Source: an uncultured delta proteobacterium (lineage in GTDB: Bacteria; Desulfobacterota; RBG-13-43-22). From it: a DNA stretch of 64,000 bases. Positions 53,520-62,956 of this stretch are shown here, piece by piece (within the stretch, counting starts at the first letter, position 1; the number at the start of each line of letters is the position of its first letter). A program made the translations under genes and the position numbers. The DNA is taken from positions 352,001 through 416,000 of the forward strand of contig CAVUPH010000014.1 of the NCBI GenBank assembly GCA_963743305.1, in the 5' to 3' direction. The notes below the pieces were generated by a model that was not told where the DNA came from, made no database searches, and saw only the letters and a list, made by a program, of their open reading frames with translations.

Positions 53520-53539
53520 TTGATTGATAAGTCAATCAA
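53520..53539. promoter_or_regulatory. TetR-type palindromic operator upstream of the ACD alpha gene
   Basis: Perfect inverted repeat TTGATTGA-TAAG-TCAATCAA. Confidence 0.55.
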
Positions 53540-53659
53540 TAATATACAGCAAAGAGAGGAATCCGGTCAACTAAAAACGGTTTGGTATAATTCTAGAAAC
53601 CGTTTATAATCAGTCCGGATTTGCAGGCTGAAAAATATTTTCTGAGGGAGGACGCAGCC

Positions 53660-54233
53660 ATGGATCAAGATTTTATAGTCGCGGAATTGGGCGAAAAACC
53701 GGAGATTAAAGGGGACCACCTGAGTTGAAGAGGTCACCGCCCAGGAGGTCAATATAACCCACAGCGACGTCCAGGATGTGCGGGCGGCCAACGTGACCCT
53801 GCGGCAGGCGGGCGCCCGCTCTGTAACCGCCGATCACCTGACCATCAAGCAGGGAGGAGCCGTAAAAGCCGAGGCCGAGAACCTGGAAATGACCCAGGGA
53901 TGCCTGGTCGCGGCCAAGACCAAAACGGCCAAGCTGAACACCTCCATGGCGACCCTGCTCGTTGCCCAGGGCGACGTAGAGATGGAGCAGTCCGGCGCCC
54001 AGTTGCTTTTGGCTAAAGGAGAGGTGAAAATGGACCAGAGTGGAGCGGTCATTCTGGTTTCCAGAAGTGTCAAGGCGGTACATTCCGGGGCCACCTTTTT
54101 GATAGCCCGTGAGGTGGAAGGAGACCTCAAGGTCTCCTTTGGTCCCAGGGAATCCTTTATTTTTGGCACTGTAGCCGGCCTGGTGGGCGGGCTGACGTAT
54201 TACCTCTTGCGTCGGCTGCAGCCAGGGAGATGA
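53660..54233 (+). CDS. Beta-solenoid-like repeat protein with a C-terminal membrane anchor (+1 frameshift near 53723)
   Basis: GGGAGG RBS and ATG at 53660. Removing one base near 53723 joins MDQDFIV...GDHL to VEEVTAQEVNITHS and on into the 53778 ORF. Confidence 0.65.
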
Positions 54234-54303
54234 AAACCCGCCACTTGGCCCGCGCCAGTTGTTTAAAATTGGCAAGGTTATCCTTCCCGGTGGGTGTTGA
54301 AAC

Positions 54304-56528
54304 TTGACCTGGCCCCGGATCCAAGACCTCAGCCTTAAATGGAAATTGGTCATTCCCTTTCTTTTCCTCGCGGTCATGGGGGCGGCCGCCCTGTTTGTTG
54401 TTTCCTATCGGTTCCAGGCCAGCCTGATCCAGGTTAATGAAGACACGCGGCTGAGAAATCTTTATCAGGTCTTCTTAAACGACATTGAATCGCGAAAAAA
54501 TGCAGCCCTGAGTCTGGCCTACCTGGTCGCCAAAAACCCGGAGGTGGCCGAGGCCCTGGCCCAAAGAGACCGAAACCGTTTGATCACCCTGCTGTATCCC
54601 GCTTATCAGATCCTGGAAAGGGATTTCGGGGTCAGGCAGTTTCACTTTCACCTTCCCCCGGCCACCTCGTTTTTGCGGCTTCACGCCCTGGGCCAGTACG
54701 GGGAAAAAATGGAAGCCTACCGGCCGACGATCAACCAGGCCCGGGAGACCGGAGTCGGGGTGGGCGGGATCGAACGGGGGGTCCTGGGCTTGAGCATCCG
54801 CAGTGTGGCACCTGTTTTTTATCAGGGCCGCCAAATCGGGACGGTGGAATTCGGGCTCTCCCTGGAGAAGCCGCTTTTGGATGAATTCAAGAAGAATTAT
54901 GGTTCGGACGTCGTTCTCTATATCCTGGAAAGACCCGATCAGGATGGACCCAAAGTCTTTGCCTCCACCCTGGATCAGACCTTCCTGCCGACGAAACTTT
55001 TCAGTCGATTGCTGGCTTCCGGAGAGGTGGTATTTCAACCGGAAATTCTGGGAAACCGTAAGGTGGCCTCAATCATCGGACCGGTCCGGGACTTTTCCTC
55101 CAAGATTATCGGGGATGGTGAAAATAAGCGTCGATCGAAGCCCGACCCTCTCCTTGCTCAACCGATATGCCTTTCTGGCCGCCGGGCTCGGTCTCCTGGG
55201 GTTGGCCGCCTCCATTTGCTTTGTCTGGTTTATTTCCGTTGTCTTTACTCGGCGGATTGGTGAGGTGGTCAAGGGTGCCGACGAAATCGCCTCCGGCCGC
55301 CGCGATACCCGTCTGGCCATAAAAAGCGGGGATGAACTGGGAGTCATGGCCCGGGCCATTAACCAGATGTTGGCATCTTTGGAGACTTCACAATCCCGGC
55401 TCCAAGAGTATGCCCAAAACCTGGAGTCGATGGTCGAACAGCGGACACGGAGCCTGAAAGAATCCGAGAAGACCTACCGGACCCTGGTGGAAAATGTACC
55501 CCTTATCGTCTATATGATCCAACCGGATGGGACCACGGCTTTTTTGAACCGTTCGGTTGAACAGATCCTCGGCGCGTCTCCTCAACAGATGAATGGTCGG
55601 TACGAAATATGGACCGGCTACATCCATCCGGAAGACCGCGATCGCATCGTTGCCCTAAGGGAAAACTGCCTGAGGGATAGAAAAGAACTTCACACGGAAT
55701 ACCGGATGGTTCATAAGGGAGGCGCCTTGGTCCATGTTTTTGAACACGCGGTTCCCGTTTACGATGAGGAAAAGAATTTTATTCGGATGGACGGTATCGT
55801 GGTTGACGTTACGGTGAACAAAGAACTGCAGGAGAAGATCCTTCAGGCCCAGGAACTGGAAACCCTGGGACAGATTTCGGCCCGTATGGCCCATGAAGTG
55901 CGCAACCCGCTCACTTCGATCGGCGGACTGACCAGGCGTTTGGTTAAATCCTTCGAACCCTCGGATCCCAGGGTGGAAAAAGGCCGACTGATCGTCGACC
56001 AGGTTCAAAAACTCGAAAAGATATTGCAAATGATGCTCGCCTATATTGAGCCTCCCTCGATCCGCTTGCAGCCCGGAGACCTTAACCTGGCAGTCACCCG
56101 GGCTATTGCCGGCCTTCGAACGGAAAACCTCGCAAGACGGTTTTTCCGTCAGAACCACCCTGGATCAGAGCCTGGGTCTGATAAAGCTGGACCAGGACCT
56201 GTTGGAAGAAACACTGACGCACTTGCTGGAACACGCCCGGCAGCAAATGGGGGGAAAAGGCGAACTGGAAGTGGCCACCCGCAAGAATGGAACCCAGGCA
56301 ACCGTAACGCTGGGTTACCCGGCGCCCAGACTGTCCGAGGAGGATCTGGAGCATTTTTTCTATCCCTTTGCCCTGGACGCCTCCCCGGAAAAAGGGGAGC
56401 AGGGAACCGAGCGGGGGGACGTTTCCCTGGTCAAAATCGTTATTCACCGGCACGGCGGCGTGATCAACGTCAGCAAAGAAAATGCTGAGCGGATAAAAAT
56501 CACCCTCTCCCTTCCTCGGGCTTTCTGA
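54304..56528 (+). pseudogene. Cache-HAMP-PAS-HisKA sensor with a degenerate ATPase domain; +1 frameshifts near 55111 and 56125
   Basis: Cache-type motifs FHFHLPPATSFLRLH and GTVEFG, HAMP DELGVMARAINQM, PAS IHPEDR and H-box AHEVRNPL, spread over three consecutive frames. Confidence 0.8.
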
Positions 56529-56632
56529 AACGCCCGTACTTCCAAGGAGGCGTCAGATCCCCGGTTGCCTCGGGGGCCCGTATCGAGGCGCAAGCACCTA
56601 AAAAAATTTCAGAGAGGGAAAGGAGAGAGGTT

Positions 56633-57538
56633 ATGGCTGATGTTAGAAGCCGGGTGGTGTTGGCGAAGACCGGTGATCGCCAGAAAGGGGTGAAGGCCTC
56701 CATTCGGGCCTTGGGGCTCAACCCGGTCAAGGGGAAGGTCGTCCTGATCAAACCCAATTTCAACACCGCCGATGCCCCTCCGGGGTCCACCCATAACGAC
56801 ACCTTGGTCGCCTTGGTGGAAGAATTGTGGGCCATGGGGGCCAAGTCGATCAGCCTCGGGGAGCGGAGCTACCCGCCCACTAAAGAAGTCATGGAGGAGA
56901 AGGGAATCCCGCAACTCTTGGACCGGTTGCAGGTGAAGATCATCGATTTCGACGAACTGTCCCAGAAGGATTGGGTGGAGGTGATTCCCAGGGAAAGCCA
57001 CTGGAAGAAAGGGTTCCGTGTCGCCCGGCCGGTGCTTGAAGCCGAATGCCTGGTTTCCACCGGGTGCCTGAAGACCCACCAGTACGGCGGCGTCTTCACC
57101 CTCTCCCTGAAGCTGCACGTGGGGGTGGTGCCCACCTCCCGCCAGGGATTCGATTACATGAAGGAACTCCATACTTCTCCTTTTCAGCGGAAGCTGATCG
57201 CCGAGATCAACCAAGCCTTCAAACCGGCCCTGGTGGTCATGGACGGAGTGGAAGCCTTCGTGGACGGCGGTCCAATGACTGGAAAATTGGCCAAGGGAGA
57301 GGTTTTTCTGGCTTCCGCCGACCGGGTAGCCATCGACGCTGTGGGGGTGGCCGTGTTAAAGTTCCTGGGGAGTAATCCGTCGATAATGAAGACCAGAATT
57401 TTCGATCAGGAGCAGATCGCCCGGGCCGTGGAACTCGGGCTGGGAGCCTCATCTTCGGAGGCCATCGAACTGATCGCCGCCGATGAAAAGAGCCGCCTGG
57501 TTCGGGACCAGATCTGGGAGGTTCTCCAGCAAGGCTGA
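56633..57538 (+). CDS. DUF362 domain protein
   Basis: IKPNFN, LKTHQYGG, LSLK, VDGGP and DRVAIDAV motifs; AAGGAG RBS. Confidence 0.85.
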   Translation: MADVRSRVVLAKTGDRQKGVKASIRALGLNPVKGKVVLIKPNFNTADAPPGSTHNDTLVALVEELWAMGAKSISLGERSYPPTKEVMEEKGIPQLLDRLQVKIIDFDELSQKDWVEVIPRESHWKKGFRVARPVLEAECLVSTGCLKTHQYGGVFTLSLKLHVGVVPTSRQGFDYMKELHTSPFQRKLIAEINQAFKPALVVMDGVEAFVDGGPMTGKLAKGEVFLASADRVAIDAVGVAVLKFLGSNPSIMKTRIFDQEQIARAVELGLGASSSEAIELIAADEKSRLVRDQIWEVLQQG

Positions 57539-57636
57539 TGGGGTAATCCGGCAGTACTTCCGGATAATGGAGATCGCCATTGCTGGGCTGAAAATAGGGT
57601 TAGCGTTATTAGGCCCGGCGGGGGTGTCTTTCCCGG

Positions 57637-58033
57637 TTAGGTACGGTTTTCGTCAAAGGGCGGGGCACCCTCCAGGTCTTCATAGGCTTCGGGGATAAAG
57701 CGAGGGGTACAGACGCAGAGAAAAACCAAATCCTGCTCACCGGTATTGGTGATCCGTTGGCGGCAGTCCGGCGGGATCAGCACCACGTCGCCGGGGTTCA
57801 CTTCCCGCGGGGGCAGGCGGCCGACCTCCACGCGCCCCTTTCCTTCCAGGATGAGATAGCGCTCAACGGTCGTCCGGACCCGATGCCAGCGGGTGGCCTT
57901 GCCCGGGGCGACCCGGGCCCGGGCGATGGACGCCGCCGGATCGTCGGGGGTGTTGGACAAGTTCCAGGATGTAGCAGCCTTCGGGGGTAAAGAATTCTCG
58001 AAGGGGATCGAAGGGGAAAACCGTTTCTTTCAT
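57637..58033 (-). pseudogene. Cupin-domain protein (+1 frameshift near 57960)
   Basis: MKETVF...FTPEGCYILE then LSNTPDDPAASIARARV...WHR...ERYLILEG...IPPDCRQRITN. Confidence 0.75.
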
Positions 58034-58055
58034 TTTTTTTAGGAGTGGTATCGTT

Positions 58056-58758
58056 TTAAGCCCTCTGGGTAAGGGCCAGGAGCCAGCGGTGCAGGGGGAG
58101 CATATTTTTATAATGATCGAAACAGAAATCCACCAGGCCGGCGGAAAAAACCTTCGGAGTAATTGCGAAGTCCACGGCCGCGTGGAGGCCGTTGTAGAGG
58201 AGGAACTCCGCCCGGGGATGTTTAGTGTCGTAGCCGGACGGTATTTTTTTATAGTGTTTTCCGCCTATCTGATAGTTTCCCGTTACTTTGACCTTGGCTA
58301 ATGCCTGGTCCAGGGCTTTTCCCTCCCGAGGATGGACCACGGATTGCCGATAAGGTTCCACCATATCCCTGGGAAAACAGTAGAGCCCCGTTCCCAATAA
58401 AATTTTGGCGGGTTCCAGGTGAAAGTAAAAACCGGAACACTCCATCCGCGGGCGGGACCCTTCCCAGAACCAGAGGGCCAGATGAGTCTTGTAGGGGGTT
58501 TTATCATGGCGGAAACGGGTATCCCGGTTGATGCGGAAAAGGGTTTTGTTTACTCGCGGATCGGCCTGGATACCGGGAGCGATGGCTCTTTAACCGTTTC
58601 CCCAGGGCGACAATAAACTCTCGTGCCGGACCCAGGACATAATTCTCATAGTCAACCCGATGGTCATCAAACCATATCTTATCGTTGTTTTCAGCCAGTT
58701 CCTTAAAAAAGGTCAGGCCCTTTTGTGGGAAACCAGTGAAGGCCGGGGGAGGATTCAT
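58056..58758 (-). pseudogene. DUF2461/TIGR02453 family protein (+1 frameshift near 58589)
   Basis: FFKELAENNDKIWF, then after an extra A, TLFRINRDTRFRHDKTPYK...GFYFHLEP. Confidence 0.8.
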
Positions 58759-59000
58759 GACTTATCCTTTCCAGAGGAGAAGGTGCAATGTGCATGATTC
58801 TATTGGAAACAGTATAGTGGAATGGAGGGACCTTAAGCAAGCCGAAATCATCAGGCCGGTATTTCTCGGGACTAAGAAATTAAACAGCCAAGCCTAACGG
58901 GAAGGGAGGCCACAATCTTCTTGACCGGATTCGGTTGGCTTCTTATACTCTGTTCGCCGATCCGCCTCCTGTTATAATGAATATCAGGCGCGGTCCCGAT

Positions 59001-59218
59001 TGCTTGCCGACCTTCACGCGCCCCTTTCACCCCAAGAGGATATAACGCTTGACGCTGTCCCAAATCCGATTCCCCAGGGTAGTAGCACCCAGGGGGACCC
59101 GGGCCCGGACGATGGGGACCGCCGGATGTTCGGTGGAGTTTGACAGTCTCAGGATGTAGCAGCCCTCAGGGGTAAATAATTCTCGGCGGGGATTGAGGGT
59201 TGAAATGGATTCTATCGT
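59001..59218 (-). pseudogene. Decayed duplicate of the cupin gene
   Basis: Reads (ACG)IESISTLNPRRELFTPEGCYILRLSNSTEHPAVPIVRARV...KRYILLG*KGRVKVG; start codon lost and in-frame TGA at 59027-59029. Confidence 0.75.
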
Positions 59219-59250
59219 GGTTTTGGGTGGTGTGTATATTCGCAGACCCG

Positions 59251-59313
59251 GTGACCACGGCTGCCCTGCGGATCATTAGGCCATTAAATCACAGCCGAGG
59301 GCGGCCGTGCTAC
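59251..59313. repeat. GTAG-family REP doublet
   Basis: Minus strand GTAGCACGGCCGCCCTCGGCTGTG (59290-59313) with a degenerate inverted partner at 59251-59270. Confidence 0.55.
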
Positions 59314-59459
59314 TGGGGGGATGAACCGTGCCCCGGGCCGGTCGGCCTGGGAAAGACTTCCGCGGTATACTAACGCTCTCTGGGAAGACCATTTGTTGGG
59401 TAGAGGAGGCTTTCGCCTCCCCTTTCAAAAGAGCCAAGTGAAAGTTTCAAATTCCTGTC

Positions 59460-60782
59460 TTATCCCAAGAAGCCATAGCCTTGTTCTCCATGGAGGCTTT
59501 GATCCATCCCGATCATCTCGTCCTGTTCATCCAGACGGAAGCCCATCAGTTTGTTGACCAGCCAGACTAAAAACAAGGTCAGCAGCCCGGCATAGAGGAT
59601 GGCTATGGCCGTACCGGCAGCCTGAACGCCCAATTGATTGAACGCGGTCCAGCTTCCGCCAACCTTCCTTGCGGCTTCGGCCATCCAGCTCGGCCGGATG
59701 AAGAAGGACAGGAGCAGCACGCCAAGGCCGCTGCCGACGCCGTGAACCCCGAAAACGTCGAGTGTGTCATCGTAGCCAAGTTTATATTTCATCAGGATGG
59801 CCCCATAACAGACCAAGGAGGAAGCCGCCCCGAGAATGATGGCCCCGTAGGGCTGGACCACCCCGGCCGCCGGGGTGATGACCACCAGGCCGGCTAGAAT
59901 GCCGGTAACGAAACCCAAGGAAGTGGCTTTTTTAAGGTGCAGGGCCTCGATCAGCATCCAGGTTAAGGCCCCGGAGGCCGCAGAGATCTGGGTCATGGTT
60001 AAGGCCCGGGCCGTATCCAGGCCGCTGGATATAGTACTTCCGGCATTGAATCCAAACCAGCCGACCCATAAGAGCCCCGCGCCGATCATGGTGATGACCA
60101 GGTTGTTCGGTGTGGCGGAGAGGCGTGGGTACCCTTTCCGGGCACCCAAAAATAACACGGCCACCAAGGCGCTTACTCCGGCGGATACATGGATCACGGT
60201 GCCGCCGGCCAGGTCGATAATCCCCCGGGCACCCATGGTAAAAAGGAAGCCATCCTCGGCCCAGACCCAATGGCACAAGGGGCAGTATACCAGAAGGAAC
60301 CAAAGGGTAATAAAAACACAGTAACTGCGAAAACGGACCCGTTCGGCAAAAGCCCCGGCGATCAGGGCCGGAGTGATAATGGCAAACTTGCCTTGAAACA
60401 TGGCCACTACATATTCGGGAACCCCGGCGGGATGAATGGCCTCGTCAATCCCTTTCAGAAAAAAGTAGTCAGGATTCCAACCGATCCAGCCCCCCAATAT
60501 ATTTTTTCCGAAGGACAGGGCGTATCCGCAGACCGCCCAGAGTACCCCGATTATGGCCATGGAAACAAAACTATGCATCATGGTCCCCAATACATTCTTG
60601 GTCCGGACCAGGCCGCCGTAAAACATAGCCAGTCCGGGAACCATCAAAAGGACCAGCCCGGTCGAAATCAGCATCCAAGCGGTAGAACCGGTGTCAATCG
60701 GGATTTTGTCGGCGGAAAAAGCGATTTCCGGCAAACCCCATAAGGGCCAAAATAACAGGCAGAGCCAACTTTTTCTAATCAT
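59460..60782 (-). CDS. amtB: Ammonium transporter
   Basis: LMVPGLAMFYGG, FQGKFAIITPAL, DLAGG...H, WFGFNAGS and DDTLDVFGVHG (twin His); start placed at MIRKSW. Confidence 0.95.
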   Translation of the reverse strand: MIRKSWLCLLFWPLWGLPEIAFSADKIPIDTGSTAWMLISTGLVLLMVPGLAMFYGGLVRTKNVLGTMMHSFVSMAIIGVLWAVCGYALSFGKNILGGWIGWNPDYFFLKGIDEAIHPAGVPEYVVAMFQGKFAIITPALIAGAFAERVRFRSYCVFITLWFLLVYCPLCHWVWAEDGFLFTMGARGIIDLAGGTVIHVSAGVSALVAVLFLGARKGYPRLSATPNNLVITMIGAGLLWVGWFGFNAGSTISSGLDTARALTMTQISAASGALTWMLIEALHLKKATSLGFVTGILAGLVVITPAAGVVQPYGAIILGAASSLVCYGAILMKYKLGYDDTLDVFGVHGVGSGLGVLLLSFFIRPSWMAEAARKVGGSWTAFNQLGVQAAGTAIAILYAGLLTLFLVWLVNKLMGFRLDEQDEMIGMDQSLHGEQGYGFLG

Positions 60783-60873
60783 TAGGATCTCCTTAATACT
60801 AGCCAAAAAGATTTGAAATATTTTTGGCTGTAATAAAAACCACTTAACAGATATAAAGATAACGTCTTCTAGT

Positions 60874-60932
60874 TTAGATTCTTCCATCCATTGTTAGAGA
60901 CAAATTCTCAGAACAATGGATGGAAGAATCTA
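60874..60932. repeat. ~60-bp TTAG-terminated palindromic element, copy 1
   Basis: Perfect 21-bp inverted repeat TAGATTCTTCCATCCATTGTT/AACAATGGATGGAAGAATCTA around a 16-bp spacer. Confidence 0.8.
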
Positions 60933-60948
60933 TTTCCACCGGTTCCAA

Positions 60949-60964
60949 TGCAAAGGAAGTGCCC
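60949..60964 (-). promoter_or_regulatory. Sigma54 promoter of amtB
   Basis: Minus strand GGGCACTTCCTTTGCA, matching GGCAC-N5-TTGC. Confidence 0.7.
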
Positions 60965-61026
60965 GCCGGGCGTTAATATAAAAATACAATAATACTAATA
61001 TGTTGTATATTTATCGCCCCAAAATA

Positions 61027-61074
61027 AATTACATTATTGTAATTATATGATAAAAAAAAATTACATTAATGTAT
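61027..61074. promoter_or_regulatory. Paired palindromic enhancer-like sites upstream of the amtB sigma54 promoter
   Basis: AATTACATTATTGTAATT and ATTACATTAATGTAT, ~32 bp apart, in AT-rich DNA. Confidence 0.5.
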
Positions 61075-61112
61075 CATAATAGGTGGCGGTAAGCTCGAAA
61101 AAATGGGTGACG

Positions 61113-61128
61113 TGTTCCACGTGGAACT
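61113..61128. promoter_or_regulatory. parS: parS centromere-like site
   Basis: TGTTCCACGTGGAACT matches the parS consensus TGTTNCACGTGNAACA and lies ~60 bp upstream of parA. Confidence 0.85.
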
Positions 61129-61191
61129 TTTTAATCGTTGAAAAAAAAATAGTTCTGGCCTAATGATAACAATTAGAAACAGGGGGTGATT

Positions 61192-61965
61192 ATGGGTAAA
61201 GTCATTGCGGTGGTCAATCAAAAGGGGGGGGTGGGTAAGACCGCCACGGTGATCAACTTAGCGGCAGCCCTCGCCCTGGGTGAAAATAGGACACTGATCG
61301 TGGACTGCGATCCGCAGGGAAACGCCAGCAGTGGATTGGGAGTACCGGAAGTGGAGGGCCGACTAACCCTATATCATTTATTGACCGGATCCATTCCGGC
61401 CGGGGAATTGATTCTCCCTACAGCTTTCCCGTTACTTCAGTTGCTTCCCGCCGATATCAATCTCGTAGGGGCTGAAATCGAATTGGTCCAATCTCCTGAG
61501 CGCGAAGGGGTCCTGAGGGAAAAGATTGCCCCTTTGGTCTCCCGATATGATTTTATTTTACTGGATGCCCCGCCCTCATTAGGGTTGTTGACCTTAAACG
61601 CTCTGACGGCGGCCCAGACCTTGATTGTCCCCACCCAATGTGAATATTATGCCATGGAAGGGCTGAGCAAGCTGCTTAAAACCGTTGCCCTGGTCCAGCA
61701 AAAGCTCAATCCTTCCCTGAGAATCGAGGGAATCCTCTTAACCATGTTCGATTCCAGAAACAACCTATCCAGTCAGGTGGAAGAAGAGGTCCGGGCGCAT
61801 TTTGAAGCTCTGGTTTTCAAAACCGTGATTCACAGAAACGTGCGCATCAGCGAAAGCCCCAGTCACGGGATGCCGGTAATCCACTATGATCTTCATTCAC
61901 GGGGGGCCCAAAGCTATTTGGAGTTGGGAAAAGAATTATTGGAAAGGGGGCAGGTGGATGGTTGA
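61192..61965 (+). CDS. parA: Chromosome partitioning ATPase ParA/Soj
   Basis: NQKGGVGKT, DCDPQGN, DAPPSLG, QCEYYAMEG and ESPSHG motifs. Confidence 0.96.
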   Translation: MGKVIAVVNQKGGVGKTATVINLAAALALGENRTLIVDCDPQGNASSGLGVPEVEGRLTLYHLLTGSIPAGELILPTAFPLLQLLPADINLVGAEIELVQSPEREGVLREKIAPLVSRYDFILLDAPPSLGLLTLNALTAAQTLIVPTQCEYYAMEGLSKLLKTVALVQQKLNPSLRIEGILLTMFDSRNNLSSQVEEEVRAHFEALVFKTVIHRNVRISESPSHGMPVIHYDLHSRGAQSYLELGKELLERGQVDG

Positions 61966-62818
61966 AGCGAAATATCAAAAAAAAGGTTTAGGGAAGGGAT
62001 TGGGGGCTTTGATTCCCCAGGCGCAACCGGCCCCGGACGTCCGAAAACGAACTTATTTGCTGGTGGGGATTGAGGAAATCCGGCCAAACCCCTGGCAGCC
62101 CAGGAAAAAGGTGGGAAGTGCGGCGATAGATCAATTGGCCGAGTCCATCCGGGAGCATGGTATCATTCAACCCCTGGTAGTCAGGTCAGCGGAAAATGGC
62201 TACGAATTGATCGCCGGGGAACGACGCTGGCGGGCGGCTCAAAAGGCAGGCCTTCATGAAGTGCCGGTGGTCATCAAGGAAACCGACACGCATCAACAAC
62301 TGGAATTGGCGCTGATAGAAAATATTCAGCGGCAGAATTTGAATCCCCTGGAGGAGGCGGAGGCTTATCAACAATTGCTGGAAAAATTCGGGTTGTCTCA
62401 GGAGGAAATCGGGCAAAGGGTAGGAAAGGATCGCTCGACCATTGCCAATTTGTTAAGGATTTTGAAACTTCCTTTTCAAATTCGGGAAAAAATCCTGGAG
62501 GGACAGTTATCGCTGGGACAGGCCAAGTGTCTGTTAAGTCTGGATTCGTCCCAAGAGCAGTTGGAGTTGGCTGATCTCATCATCAAACGCGGGCTTTCCG
62601 TCCGTGAACTGGAAAAACGGATCAAAAAGGGAGGGGGCGGAGTAGAACGGAAGAGCTCTCCTGTGGCGGAACGCGAGGAGGATTGGGTCAAGCCTCTAAT
62701 ACGTCAATACCAAACAAAAGTTCAAGTCAAGAGAGGAAAAAAAGGGGGCCGCATCGAAATTCATTTCCTCTCGGAAGAAGAATTGATTCGCCTGGTCGAC
62801 CTTCTGATGCACCGTTAG
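61958..62818 (+). CDS. parB: Chromosome partitioning protein ParB/Spo0J
   Basis: GLGKGLGALI, PNPWQPRK, IAGERRWRA, ENIQR and HTH KDRSTIAN. Confidence 0.96.
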   Translation: MVEAKYQKKGLGKGLGALIPQAQPAPDVRKRTYLLVGIEEIRPNPWQPRKKVGSAAIDQLAESIREHGIIQPLVVRSAENGYELIAGERRWRAAQKAGLHEVPVVIKETDTHQQLELALIENIQRQNLNPLEEAEAYQQLLEKFGLSQEEIGQRVGKDRSTIANLLRILKLPFQIREKILEGQLSLGQAKCLLSLDSSQEQLELADLIIKRGLSVRELEKRIKKGGGGVERKSSPVAEREEDWVKPLIRQYQTKVQVKRGKKGGRIEIHFLSEEELIRLVDLLMHR

Positions 62819-62910
62819 ATTCTTCCATCCATCTTTTGAAATGGCAGGATTCTTCTTCCCGCGCTCTCGCGGGACGAAGAATGACGAAAGCTCTCTGACG
62901 GACTTTTTGC
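62815..62910. repeat. Composite repeat: left arm of the TTAG element plus copy 2 of the ...CTGACGGACTTTTTGC repeat
   Basis: TTAGATTCTTCCATCCAT is identical to 60874-60891. It is followed by GATTCTTC-hairpin-GAAGAATGAC-N9-CTGACGGACTTTTTGC. Confidence 0.65.
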
Positions 62911-62956
62911 AAATATCTCATAATTGCAGCCATAAATATTCTTAGCTCGGGGCGGT

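Noticed and set aside
59027-59029. In-frame TGA as selenocysteine
   Set aside because: It aligns with Gly, not Cys, in the paralog, and the copy has lost its start and 3' half. The TGA codons at 49744 and 53726 are explained by frameshifts.
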